Source of the DNA: Haplodiscus bocki
Lineage: Eukaryota
Length of the DNA: 64,000 nt
Assembly (NCBI GenBank): GCA_965655095.1
Contig: OZ296650.1
Location: forward strand, 109,864,001-109,928,000
Direction of reading: 5' to 3'
Shown here: positions 13,982 through 26,910 of the stretch, piece by piece
How positions within the stretch are numbered: the stretch's first letter is position 1
How the letters are laid out: each line of letters begins with the position of its first letter
Program-made: the position numbers and the translations under genes
Notes under the pieces: generated by a model
Told to the model about the DNA's origin: nothing
Seen by the model: only the letters and a program-made list of their open reading frames with translations
The model's database searches: none

Positions 13982-14342
13982 ATGAATTTGGAGCCTGCGA
14001 GGCCATGAATTTTGGAGAAAGTAAGAATCAAGTGATCTCGAGTAACTCTGAATTCAAGCAGGCAACGATTATTCGAACAGGCCAGGAATTAAGAAAAGTC
14101 GATAATTACTCTTGCAAAATTACACCTTGAACGAACGACAAAACTAAAAGCATCTTCAATTTTTAAAACAGGTCAAGATCATACGCGTTGAAAAAATACC
14201 AACCCGGTTTCTAGTCGGATCGTGTCTTCGCTCGCTAGTGAAGTAAATTAGGCAAAATGACAACTAGAAACCAACATGTTTGCTCTGATGAGACAAATGA
14301 AATCATTTTTGAGGTAAAAAAAAATGAGACACTGAAAACTAC

Positions 14343-14644
14343 TTGCATTTCGATTTCAACGCCATCACAAGCCATGAGATTAGCTCGATGATAGTTTCTG
14401 TCCATTGCTGCGTGCATACGGTCATCTCTCTTCCCAGTGAGTTGCAAAGATCGTCTACTTTCCTGCCCTTGCTCGCATCTTCCAATGGGCACCAGCAAGT
14501 CAGACGAGCGTTTGACCAATCTCGACTGCGCCACCTCCGTCAACTCCTGTGCCGTCGTTGTATGTACCAAATCCACCTCAGCAACTTTTCCTGCCCGACC
14601 CAGTGGATGCTTCACTTCATATCTCCCGGACGCGCAGCTTTCGT
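14343..14644 (-). CDS. Candidate coding exon, possibly continuing the GPCR (long ICL3 or C-tail)
   Basis: GC-richer island with acceptor ttttacttcag|AC. Only the phase-1 frame is open (DESCASGRYEVK...EIEMQ), matching the phase of GPCR exon 4. Donor CAA|gtagtt. No diagnostic motif. Confidence 0.45.
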
Positions 14645-14932
14645 CTGAAGTAAAATACATCTATGCCAACCCTTTGATGCCGGACTGAACTGATCTTTTT
14701 CTTTAAGTTAAATATGAGATTACGGATTGCTCGTTATCCTTGTATCCTAACTCTTCTGCATCCTAATCAAAAGTAAAACGCATGTTGAAAAAATAATAAT
14801 CGTGAGGCTTTGTAGTAACGTATACGGTGTTAGTTCACAAATCAAAAAAATGCGTCAAATTGAAATCAACAGATCAAATTTAAGCAGTATACATGCACGA
14901 ATATCTTTGAAACAGTTATTACAACTTAGTGA

Positions 14933-15352
14933 ACACAGAAGCGAAGCTCTGCTTCGCAACACTCGAGCCAACAGAATACTGGTGCACAAATCAACTACAT
15001 ATAAAATATTATTCAGGGGCCTGAACACTACGAATACTACTGACAACAATGTACATAAACCATAAACTCAGTTAATTCATCTACATTTATATACAAGAAA
15101 CACTATAAAATTTCATCACAAACAAAAAAATCATTACAAGCAACAATGGCACAGGCAGTAGAGCATGCGACTGCTGCGCGAAGTCCCATGTTCGAGCCTA
15201 GGACACCACCTCTTCTCTTTGCTCAAAATCTAGGAACTTGTGCGAGTTGTGAACGGCTCGGGGAAAAAATTCTATGATAAAAACTTCTTGATATCAAAAA
15301 TCTTTGATATCAAAAACTTTTTGATAAAACACTTGCTTGCGCGAGTGAGTGT
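14933..15352 (-). mobile_element. HINE-like element, family 2 (copy C), with a tRNA-derived module
   Basis: Hairpin GCGAAGC-tct-GCTTCGC plus aacactcgagc at the left end and acacttgcttgcgcgagtg at the right end. Internal 16-bp tandem (gatatcaaaaa...) at 15276-15330. Homologous to 497-882. Confidence 0.65.
15140..15210 (+). pseudogene. Degenerate tRNA-derived sequence (SINE-head-like)
   Basis: A-box-like TGGCACAGGCAGTAGAGC and B-box-like GTTCGAGCC at tRNA spacing. A second copy lies at 42250-42318. Confidence 0.6.
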
Positions 15353-15454
15353 AAACAATCACTTTACAGACCGAAAAAAAACTGAGATGCTACGTTGGCT
15401 ACCCCAAGAAACGCAACGTCAGGCATGTAGCCCGTCAAGTGGGCGGGAGTAGTC

Positions 15455-17014
15455 TAGTGAAAGCCGGATATAACGTCGCCGTATAGAGCGTCAAGCCGCT
15501 CATAACGACGCCAATAGTTTCGCCGCGCTGTGTTAAAGTAAATACCAACCGATATAGCGTCATCCATTCGATATTGCGCCACCGTCATTCTCATTGCTGT
15601 GAAGTTTATTCGTAAATAATGATGACTAGCGCGTTTTTTCATTTTTAGCAGCTATTTCTCTACAGAAATGCCGCCTGTCAAATCAAATAAACGGAACGCA
15701 TTGACTGCCGCTGAGAAACTACATTTATTAACAGCAATAGAAAAAAGTGTTAGGACGCTGACAGATTTATCAATTGAACTGGGCGTACTACGGACAACTT
15801 TATCCACAATTTGGGCGAACAAAACATCAAGTTCGAAAGTTGTAGAGAAAAAAAAACGCCAAGACAAGATAGAAACAACGGAAAAGTGATTATCAGCCAA
15901 TCGATCAAGCTTTATTTATGTGGTTCAAGGAGAAACGTCAAGAGAACGTGCCACTCAATTCTCATGTTCGGAAGGCCAAAGCGGAAGAAATTTCGGGGCA
16001 TTTTCATTTCGAAGGATGGATTTGCTCGGACGGTTGGCCATCAAGGTGGCGAGAGAGACATAGAATTAGGAGCAAAGTTATTTCTGGTGAATCAAATACC
16101 GTCAACTTATAACTGTGGATCGATGGAAGGAGACGGAGCTGAAGAAGATTTTCGATCATTATCCAGCAAAGAATGTTTTCAATGCCGATGAAACGGGGTT
16201 ATTCTGGCAACTTCTCCTAAACATACTCTGTTTGCCAGGAGAAAGTTGTCATGATGGTCAAAAAAGTAAAGAGCGTGTGACAGTGACGAAATGTGCGAAC
16301 AGTGACGGATAAAAAAAAGACCCCTGCTAATTATTGGAAAATTTGCAAACATCTATTGCGATACGACAGTCAGTTGGATAACAGCAAAGTCCAAAATTTT
16401 GATTTGTCTTTGTTGCACGCCATAAACCTGATGACATTTTCATGGAGACAAATCACCCACGCAACAATCAAAAACTGTTTCAAAAAGGCCGGATTTTGCC
16501 CGATTGGTGATAACCAGCCAGACAGCGACGATGTTTTTTGTCGTGGAGGGACATGAGGCCTTCGAGGAGGTATTCAACCTCCCTGATTTCTTGAAATTGG
16601 AGGACAACATAATTTTTGATTATTCTCTTGTAACAAACGTCGAACTATCGGTGAATGAAATAGTTCAAGCTGTGGCTCCAACGGACAATCAAACCGAACT
16701 TGTGGAAATTGACGACAAAGGTGACCCACCAGCCACAATTCATGTAACAAAAGCCTTGGAAAGTCTGGAGATACTACAAAATTACTTTGTGCAAGAAGGC
16801 ATCGAAGATCCAAAAGATTTCGATAAATTTCGAATGATTCTGGCCAAAAATATTTTGATGCCGAGAAACAAACATCTGTGAAAGATTTTTTCAAGCCTAT
16901 TAATTAAATGTTGCCCAAGTGAGCACTTTCTTCCTTTTTCGCCCAAAGCGTCATTCGGATATAAAATCAATAATACGAACCGCCCTAGACCGACGTTATA
17001 TCCGGAACTCACTG
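15455..17014 (+). mobile_element. pogo/Tigger-family (Tc1/mariner superfamily) DNA transposon, frameshifted and internally deleted
   Basis: TIRs tagtgaaagccggatataacgtcg (15455) and cgacgttatatccggaactcactg (ends 17014, followed by TA). ORF fragments encode CENP-B-type HTHs (15668-15889, 15918-16112), the DDE_1 start NADETGLFW...KERVTV..CANSDG, and ATIKNCFKKAGF. Confidence 0.92.
15668..16881 (+). pseudogene. Tigger/CENP-B-like transposase pseudogene
   Basis: Five successive ORF fragments in different frames. The DDE core (second and third catalytic Asp region) is missing between ~16340 and 16380. Confidence 0.88.
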
Positions 17015-17143
17015 TATAGAGATTAGTATGTTTTATAGCACCCCAATAATAATGTCAATCTATTACCATGTGATACCTTGATTCAAAACAGGTACTTTTC
17101 TGGTTTGCTTATAAACAAACTACGTCCGGATATCTGGTAATTC

Positions 17144-18779
17144 AAGGGCATGTTATTTTACCGACAGAGTTCTGCATGTTGTATAAAAGTACTTGCTATA
17201 GCTAACCAGACACCGCAAAAATCTACCACTAGCAGAAAACGGCAGAAATAACCAATCACAGCAGACTTAGCAGAGAAGAAAAAGTTTCAATCAAAAGACA
17301 AGCGCGAACATGTCCCAACTGGGCTTCATGTCTATTTTTGGAAATCAGTAGCCAATAAGAATTGACTTCTAACATTTATGTCTCAATAAAATTAATTCAG
17401 TATCGGTTCCCAAGTTCGACAGATCAAAATAATTTTGGCGATAAATTGAAATCCACCAATCAAATTCAAAACTTCACTATTAACTTTTTGAACCTTTTAA
17501 TAAACCTAATAATATTTTAAAGTTATTATAATTAAACTTTTCATTATTTTGAACTCATTATTTTAAACTTATTATCATTAAAAATCTTAATATTATTATG
17601 CTGCTGCAAACTCATTATCATATTTAAAATCATTATTGTTCTTCCAATTCATTATTATAATTATGGTTTATAATATTGATATTGAAGAATAATATTAAAT
17701 ATTATTGTAATATTATATTATTAATTTATTATCACTGATCGCTTGAATTTATTTCACTTCAGATATTCAATGCCACCAGACAGATGTTATATTACAGCAG
17801 CCAGAAGAGCATGTGATGATTTGTATGTCCAGATGATTTGTCTGCCGAAAAACAAAAACTTTTTCGTCTTTTTTGTGACAACTCTTTGGCGCTGAAACTT
17901 TCGACAATAAACGATCATCTTAAATGTCCCAGGCACCCATGATTTAGGCTCACATAATTGATTTAGTGGGTGAAACTTGGTGAGTATGGCTGTCAGATGA
18001 TAAGACTAATCGAACTTCTATAAAGTAAGAATACTCCAATTGCTCACGAAATATACGATTGTTTAATGGATTTCGCCGGTGCTCTACAATCAGGAAAAAG
18101 TGCTATTTCTTTCTCCACAAACATTGAGAATTTATTTGCGGAATAAAAATTACCAGACAAAAAGTTAGCGGACATATTGATCTCATTCCAAGACGGTTTT
18201 TTCAGGGCATCAAAAGAAACTAATGAGACACTTTGATATTGAACAAAAGATTCTCGACTTTTTCAAAGCTGCCCGTATTTTCGTCCCCTGAAAACGAGCT
18301 CGCTTCAGCGGAAAGGTTTTTTGCTATTCTAAAATTCAAGGAATGGACAACCCCAGAGATGAATTCTTGTCGGAATGGTCTAGTTATCACAACGGTGATT
18401 TTCAGTTCGACTCCTTCGATATTTGCAAGTTCTGGAATTCGACAAAAGATACAATGCCTAATTTGTCCAACATTGCCCTATCAGTTATTTGGGTCTCCGC
18501 ATCAGCAGCAGAAGTTGAAAGTTTCAGTTTCATGAATTTGGTTGAAAACAAGCGGAGAACAAATGTGTCCGACGAATCTTCGAAGGATCATTTGTACTGC
18601 TATTACAACAATAGATTCATTGAATTTTGGTCAAAAATTTTTCAAAAGCACAAAAACGCAGATTGTTTTTGAGGCGGCAGCAGAATATCGCTTACAGGAC
18701 AGCAGATTTTTCAGGTGTTTGAAGCTAACGGATCAATATCATTCTGATTTGGGTCATTATGCAAATTTAACAGGGCCTC
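17144..18779 (+). mobile_element. hAT-superfamily DNA transposon remnant (CGGBP-like), internally deleted
   Basis: 18343-18672 encodes a hAT dimerisation motif (FW...MPNLSNIALSVIWVSASAAEVESFS...KRRT). 17770-17936 encodes a frameshifted CGGBP-type Zn finger (ITAARRA..DDL..EKQKLF.LFC...STINDHLKCPRH). Imperfect TIRs agggcatgtt/aacagggcct and subterminal GCAGA motifs. Boundaries are approximate. Confidence 0.7.
17490..17735. repeat. AT-rich (ATT)n-like low-complexity tract within the hAT remnant
   Basis: Repeated attattat/cattatt motifs, ending shortly before a ttcag acceptor-like site at 17762. Confidence 0.8.
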
Positions 18780-19499
18780 TTTGAAATCACTCGTCCAAAA
18801 GAAAAATAACCTAACGAATCTCAAGTATCTGCGGTATCTTTAAATAAATAATGCACAAATAAATTCTCAGCAACTCAATGTGCTGTGCGTGTGATCATTG
18901 TCATATGCTAATGATATATCTCAACTTCATATAAAATTCCTTTTCGGTCATTGCATCAAACTTTCCATGACTGTCATCCAACCTAACAAGTGATAAAAAA
19001 TTTCAAGGCCTATTAACCTGGTCATCTCTTTAGATCATCGTCAGAAACAGCAAACAGACCCTCCTCTAGACCTTTTTACATGATTAAGTAAATTCACATT
19101 TAAAGTAAAGTACACTGTAGTGGAAGTGTTTGTTCTTTTTTTGTTCATCTCAAATTGAATCCTTGGAACGCATTCATGGAAGCTCACCAAAGAATTCTAG
19201 AACATTTAGCGAAACAAAAACTGGAGGACATCTCACTTACTTTCAGGATAACATTCTCTTGTATCTATGAAACTTTACTAAGGATGGTTCGAAAATTTCA
19301 AAACTTTTGCTTTTCATATTGGAAACCTTCGAGCAGTCGAATTGGAGAAGACGCCACGTTGGTTACCCATATGTTACCTTGGTCGTGCTTCCAGAACAAA
19401 GCAGCACCTTATATCGTCAACTTCCGTGCCTTCCACCAGCTCTCATTCGAAAAGTGGTGGGGAGACTAGAAATTTTTAGAGAAAATTCACAAGAACGGC

Positions 19500-19990
19500 G
19501 ATACGAGGGCAGCTTCTTCTGAGTGCTATTCCAAAAGGCTGAGAGCTGTCCAAAGGCTTTTCTGGATGTTATTTTTCAGTTCTCAGCGGCTTTTTCGGCG
19601 TACCACTTCAGAGGGTCCATTTCTGCTCCTTACTCGATGGGCCTGTTTCCGTGCCCTACTTTGCGAGGGCTTCTTCGGTGCGCCACTTAGCAGGGACTCT
19701 TACCAGCAACTCTTCTGCGGGGTTTTCTCAGACAGCTAATTTGCAGGGAATTTCCCGTCTGTTATTTCAGAGGCGCTTTTCCCGTCCCTTCTCTGCAAGT
19801 GCTTTGGAATGAGCTACTTCATCGGACTTTCTGGTGCGTTAATTTGCAGGGGCGCTTTCCGTGCGCCCTTTTGCTGGCGCGCTTTCCGAGCGCTCTTCTG
19901 GTGGCACTACTTCTATGCGCTACTTTTTGGGGACTTTTACCCTGTTTTACTTCTCCGGCGCAATTTTTCAGAAACTTTACTCGGTGCTAG
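19500..19990. repeat. Degenerate GC-rich minisatellite, ~25 bp unit
   Basis: Repeated ttgc.ggg.gctttcc/ttc.gtgcgc.act motifs, e.g. tttgcaggggcgctttccgtgcgccc. Confidence 0.65.
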
Positions 19991-20099
19991 TTTCAAAAGG
20001 TTCATTTCGAAGAAAGGTATTCATGGATGGAGGCACTGCAAAAAATTTTTAGCCGTAATCATAAAGGGAAATGTTTAAAAAGTTCTCCGAAAGTATTTT

Positions 20100-23000
20100 C
20101 GTGACAACGGCTTATTCGGCGTCACTTGAAATAACTAAAATCTTTTTGGCTATGGAACATCGATCAGGCTGTGGAATTAGATGGTTGGCTCCTCATTCCT
20201 CATCCAAATCAAGTTCGAAAAGGATGGCAAATTTCTGACAGGTGAAACTGCGAAGTTACTCATCAAGGTGGAAAAGCTGGACTCTTTTTGTGTTCCTTGA
20301 AGGGATTTTTGCAAAGGAAAAGCAAATCGTAATTTGGTAGACTGTGAGCCAATATGGTCCGAATCAACTCTGCATTATACAAGACTGCAATTTCGCAGCC
20401 CAAAGCCGAAGAGTTTTCTGTTGGCAATGCCTCGATATTAAAAACCTATCGCTTTCGGTTTCCTCATGTTAACAAAGCCAACACTTATGAGAAAAAATTG
20501 GGATGACCAGGTACAATTCCTCAAACTGCGTCAATACGGAAACATTCTTGCAAGTTTTCAAGGAAGCAGTGCATGCATTTCGGCAATCGTTACAGGTTAA
20601 AAATACACGTTCTTGAGGGTTGTGCTCAGGGACAACTCAGCAGCATCAGCAAAGCCCAACGTTTCTCTAAACCCCTTCAATTGGAGTGTTAGAAGAAGTG
20701 ATGCGGGACTCAATGTCGAAGTACATCACATTGTGTGCAAAACATAGCGACTGATATTTGTGAAACTGCAGATCGTTGTTGGTTTCGTCTGGCAGTCCCC
20801 CTGTAGCTGCTTCATTTTGCATACAAATGTCAATATGTATCTTTTGAACTTCGGTGTGACACACATGTGGACGGTCACATCGGCTTTTTCTACTGCATCG
20901 TGGAGCCTGTTTCCTTGTATTTCTAAAAAAAACGTTTTCTCGTCTTGACCAACAATTATTAGCAAGAAATCCCAAAACAAAGGTAAGCATTGTCTCTTTG
21001 AGATTCTCAGTGGAATGAAAGTTTTCTTCTGGTACCGGAATACATTTGCACGTTTCACGTTTTCAAACATAGGAAATTACTAGAATGTCATCGAGACTTC
21101 AAACTCGGCGACCGGTTGAAGCGCCATGGGACTTGATCAATTATAGGCTTCTAGGGTTGTTGTCAATTGCCAAACAACATTATTTTAAATGAGAAGAGCG
21201 AAAGAGAAATGCAAAGCCGCCACATAACAATGAACAAAACAGTTGCTGTCGAGATTTCGTACGTCCAAAAAAAAACAATTTTTACTTTGAATTCCGCTTG
21301 GCAAGGCAAGGCCAGATGATATATCTGATTGTTACGTAGGAAACCGCCTTAATAATCAACTATCTGTTCCAGCACACTTCCACTTCCATGAGAATTAGAA
21401 CAAAACAGGCTGGATTACATTTGATCCACAGTCGTGAAGAACATTTGCAGCGTAAGTCTCTGAAGCAGGTTCGCTGTTTCCAATTTATAGTTCAGAAGGA
21501 TCGTTGCAACAGTAGCGTCTTCTAATGAAGATTTGTTTGATTTTTGCGGATAAATGTACCACTTTTCGTTCCGTCTGAACAGCTTACCCGAAACTCTCAA
21601 CCAACTGATTTCGGTCTCCCATAAATTGTAGGACTTCACTATCCGTCACTCATTCCGAGCCAATAAATCTGGATTGCGCTACCGAAAGCAGATTTTTGCA
21701 GCTACCAGCACCTGAACTTTGCGTAGAAGTGGCCATAAATTCTAGCAAGTCTTCGTTTCGATTCAGGGGAAAAACTATCGCAACAAATGCAGAGCTTTAC
21801 ATTTGAAGATCTATGCTTCACTTCGACGTGTTTCTTCGTTCGTGCCAAAAAAAACACTCGAGGAAGCGGTCCAATAAATTCCTCTGGATTTTTTTTCGAC
21901 CTTTCAATATATTAAACTATGACGAAGAAGGCGCTACTTTTGTTCCTTAGCAAAATGTTTGCTACAGGAGAATTCAAAATTGATCATTTTGCTGGTGAAT
22001 TAAAACGCTGAATTAATCATTAGCAGTTTCGTCTGGAAATTGATTCTTGTTCACGATCGTCTTTAGTATGAACGACTGTCAGAGGTTCAGATGAACGTGG
22101 TCTGAACAAAAATTAAGTGCGGAAGGGGTTTCGAGATGTAATATTCATTAAATTCTGGCTCATCTGGAAACCAAAGCTCACTTGCATTCTTGGTTGTTCA
22201 CCAATAGAAATTGCAAGGCTCTTTTCCTCTGTATCTCTAAGTTTCTAATCGTGAACTTAACTGCGAACACTGACATAGGCTGAATCTCTTCGAAGTTCGT
22301 TTCCTCTGGTTTATAGGCCTACTACCTGAAATAACTTATTTCAACACTTGCTTCGCTTAAAGTCGAATTGCAGCCATTGTGTTGAAATGCCAGCGGTAAA
22401 AGATCAAAAGCGAAAACAAAGCATAGGAAAGTTATATAAGTTAACAACAAACAGCAGAAAAACCGTTCACAGATCTGATAGATCAATTTTCAGTTTTCAA
22501 AAAATGTTTTTCGAAGCAGGACACTCGAGAGAAACCAGGCTTTGATTTCCTACGTTTTCCACGACCGATGACGCATGTAGCGCCCGGATTGCTGTATGCA
22601 TGATGTGAATTGAGGATGTGAGGGTAGGTGATTTCGTTCTGTTGAGACTGTGGGCTACTGACTATTTACCAAAACCTCTTTGACAATTGACCTAGTTGGT
22701 TCCCTGACAGCAGTATATCTAAAAAATCAAAGCGGAGTGATGTATCTTCACAATAGAAGCTACTGATGGGTAGTTCCAAACGGTCAACATATGTAAGCGC
22801 ATGATAGTTTTCCTCAGCCAAGGTCACAGATCCTAAACTGGCAAGGTGGGTGGAAGGCTTCTGGTCTTTAACACACCATAAAATCTAGAAAACTTGGAAT
22901 TAGGTTCTCGGGTAATATGTATTATAACTATGACAACAAGGAAGTGCTATAAAGCCACTTAGTTCTTGATATGACGAATTATTGAAAAATATTCTGTTAT

Positions 23001-24600
23001 CGGAATGCAAACTTAGAATAATGACAAAAAGAAATCGGCAGTTTTTAGTTCACATGTTATGGCTAGAGATTGAGAGGTTTGCATATCGGTGAAGTTGGTT
23101 CGATCTGCAACTACCTCAAATTCTAATGTAGGACCGCCTGGACCATAAACCAGAATAGTTCTCCTCCAATGGATATGGACGGTAATCAGAAAATACGACG
23201 TTCGAGAAAATCCAGAGAACTGTGCTGCTTCAACAGGTGAAAGATCAGGTAACATTTTTCACTGATGAAAGGAAATTCGACGGACTTTTTTGTAGCTTCT
23301 ATTTCTGTCGACCGCTTGTTTTCACAAGTTCACTCTTTTCGATCGATACACCTCCAAAGTTTTCTCCATTGTTTCTTCCACTCATGAGTCAGCTGCGATT
23401 GAGGGAGCTCTGAGCTCCCTATAAAAAGCGGTTTGCCAACAACTAACTGATGACTGATTCCTTCAACTATCGAAATCAAGTTTTTTCCTGTTGATTTCTT
23501 TTGAACAAAACCTTGAAGAAGAATACGCGAGTTAGAGTTCGGCACTGCCTAAGCCAAAGTACCAACATTAGATTTCTGAATACACACTGGAAAAGAAAAT
23601 GAGTTGGTATTTTCGGAGACAAAGCCTTTGAAAGTGACTGAAAATCGACATCATAAGCATTTTAACCCTTGTTTGGATCATCAGTTTAGCTTACTATTAA
23701 ACCAATCGGCATTTTGAAAAACCTCACACTGAGCCGTAGATGAAAGGAATTGAATTTGGAGTTTAGGACCAAGTGAATTCCGGAAACTGAATGAAACTAA
23801 GGAATCTGCACAAAGCAAGCTGTCGATAAGGCCGTGAAACAAATCTGGACCATCAGAACAGAATACCAAAATCGGCTCCACTTGAGTCCCACTATATATT
23901 GTCAGCTTTCAGGAAAGCCGCCATGGGTGAAAACTAGACAAAATTGTCCTGAAAAACCCTTTCAAAAAATGACGGCTTTTGACATCATCACTTCAGAAAG
24001 ACAATCAGATCCAGTACGATATCAAAAACGTGCTCAGAGATCTCTTTCTTCAGGCGAAAAACTACTCCTAATTTTTCTCTCAAAAGTGGAAAGTTCCTTT
24101 CTTTTCAGAAACAGCGAAAAAAAATGTGGTGAATGTGCAACTTCATTAGAGATAGTTTTAAGATCCTCTTCGAATAGTGAGCCAAAAATAGACACTTTTG
24201 CAGACGTTGGAATTGTGGTTGACAACATTTGATGAAATTTAGGAATTTTCGGCTTTGAATATTATAATTGATTCGAATATTCAAAGCAGAAAACGCATAT
24301 CTTTCTATTAAAAAATTACACATTTTTTTTCCAGAAAGGGGCCAAAACATCATAAAAAACGGAAATATTGAACGTACAATCAGTTCGGTGGAGATAGCTT
24401 TCGAACCCGAGCGCAAAACCCTATCGTCATTATAAATTACACCAAGAGCCAGCTGAGCGTCCAATCACAAGTGAAGATGTCCATTCTTCTTGGTCGATTT
24501 GTTTACATCGAGACAAACAAAACAAGCGTCGAGATCAAAAAGTTCGCGGTTTGCCAGCTTAAAACCATTCACCTGCAGAACTGTGTTATTCGAAAGCAAA
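20100..24600 (-). mobile_element. Decayed BEL/Pao LTR retrotransposon internal region
   Basis: In minus-strand order: gag Cys motif CFVCL (~24520), RT GPTL...LAITCELKTADF (23013-23255), PFG (~22775), RNase H VTDSEVLQF (~21635), integrase VGQD...KA...MCVT and GLP (20700-21070). Confidence 0.6.
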
Positions 24601-25779
24601 ACCATATTAACTAATGAAAACTATTTCAAATATTAACCAATCAAGATTTTTTCAAGATAGGCCGCTAGCATGGCTTCAATATCGAAGCGGGTGAATTAAA
24701 CAACCAAGGGTTTTTTCAATCAACTTCAGCAGGGTGACCTTCATAAACTGTGGATCAAACATCAAAAACAAGCTCTCAATAAAAATCAATATCAAAAAAG
24801 ATAAGCTACTTCAATTCAGTTGATCTGACGAACGAAGTTGAAAAAACTGAAACATATCAGGAGACAAAATTCAGAAAAATGAACAACTTTTCAGCCAAAA
24901 GAGGGTGTTGTGAGCAGCGACAAGAAAGTGCAAGTGTCATGAATTTTTTGTGATGCAGAAGAAATCAAACGACGAAAAAACTGAACAAAACACATCACCC
25001 ATAAAATAACGATGGGTAAATCACAAATAAGTCACGAAGAGACGTTTATTTGTTGCGGTTTATAAGCCAAAGGAATGAATCTAGAAACTGAGAGTCCTCA
25101 AAATGAACATGGACATACTATACTATACCGAAAACTTTCATGCGCCAAAAAACTAGAAATAGCCTCCCACTATGTTGTTTATGTTGACAGAGGACACACA
25201 CACCCATGAAATTCATGGTACCCCTTGCCAAAAACGAAGAAAATGTTTGAATGTCGAGCTCCAATTTTTCCAAAAAATTAAGGAAAATATGAGGTAAAAT
25301 TTTTGAACCCACTGTTGGCCAGTTATTTTAAATTGGGTAGATTTAGGCTACTGCATCTACGCAGTGGAGCTCACAGTTCTGACAAGCAAGGCCGATAATC
25401 GAAAATGGATTATTCATGTAACTGAAAACCTTCACTGTACCATATTTCAATAAAGGCGCGCAACCAAAAACGGTGAAGTACAAGCAGCCAGCCAAGCAAA
25501 CACGTAGTACCTCTAACCAACCAACCAACCTAACAAACACACAATTTTTTTTACAATTTTGTGTGTGTTTGACAACATTCATTTTTACAACTTTCAGGGT
25601 CACAATTTCAAACTACTCTGTTGAAGCTAACGAACAGGAGGCTTTCATGTGGTGTCTCAGTTTTGAAATCTGCAAACCTCTAATTAGGCTCCCTAACAAA
25701 AGCATGAAATCAACAAACGCTCAAACAACGAAAAAAATGGACTAGTCAAAGTTGTTTAAAATAAGAGCCAACCTACTTA

Positions 25780-26910
25780 AATGAGTCCGCCACTTCCAAA
25801 AGCCATAAACCTCCCAAACACCCAAGTTGGGACACTTTAAATTCATACGAAAACTTCACGAATTTCTGGCATACCAGAAGCCCGGAAAAGCCAAAACTTT
25901 ACCGGATACTACCCCGTAATAGAAATGAAGACTGTTTCCTACTTTAACATTAGCGGCTGGCCACATTACTTTGCATAATCTCCGTAACTCCTGACCCAAG
26001 CTAGGAAAAACGTGAAAAATTTCGAGATGTTTCGAATCCCTCCGTTCATACATAGGGATACTACGTTTTTGCCGGGATACTAATCCTATTAAACGGAATT
26101 AGAATCAAAAACTATTCCTCACTTTAATTCCAACGACACCTCTCACTACTTTTCCAATCTTCCGTAAGCCTTGTAACCAAAGTGGAAGAAACTGAAAAAC
26201 GAAAAACTTAACGTTCGCTTCAGTCCTATAGGCTAAGAATGACCGCACCCATTTTTACCGGGATTAAAACCCATAATAGAATTGAATTGTCCACTCATTT
26301 CAACATTGCCAGCCACTCCGCCAAAGGAGTACTTCCTCTCTAACGTCAGTGCACAAGTCTGAATTATTTCATGTTCTGAATTTCTTTTCAATATCCATGC
26401 ATGAGATGTAAAAACTATTGTGTATTACAATCACGCCAGACACTAGCTAGTTATCAAACCCTCCCAGACACTTTTAACTATCTTTGAATAATTTTAGGGT
26501 TTCCGATTCGTTTCAATACCACGTCCTGCGAAAATCCACAACTTCAACCATATACTACCTCGGATTAAAAATGATTACTTTTAGCCAGTTCAACTTCCCC
26601 TGCCCACACAATTACTGTCGCTATACACCCTAACCTTTGTAACGAAACTAGAATATTTGTTACGGTTTCAAGATTTTTGCTATTCCTGTCAATCCCACTA
26701 TCTAGGAATGGCCAAAACTTTGACCGCACACTACACTTCAGAATTCAAAAACTAATTTTACTTGAACTTCTTCAACCCTCTAATATCCTTCCTACCATCT
26801 GTATTACAATTTGATTAATTTTACGGCTTCAAAATTTTTCCATTACGTCTATTTTCACAGCTTCGGGAGACCACACCCTTGACCTGATAATACGCGTCAT
26901 TACAATTTGA
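25780..26910. repeat. Degenerate tandem repeat, ~165-180 bp period
   Basis: Recurring gcca/acca..cttt.(a)cc.gatacta.....agaat.gaa motif at ~25885, 26060, 26240, 26705 and 26865. Confidence 0.6.

Noticed and set aside
13443-14006. 187-aa minus-strand ORF as a repeat protein
   Set aside because: It is just the translation of the 177-bp x 3 tandem repeat, with no domain signature.
19799-20078. Overlapping Arg/Phe/Leu-rich ORFs
   Set aside because: Artefacts of the ~25-bp GC-rich minisatellite.
25343-25603. 'YMNNPFSII' as GPCR TM7
   Set aside because: No Tyr at the NPxxY position, no convincing hydrophobic helix or splice sites, and the upstream part is a GTTT/GGTT low-complexity tract.
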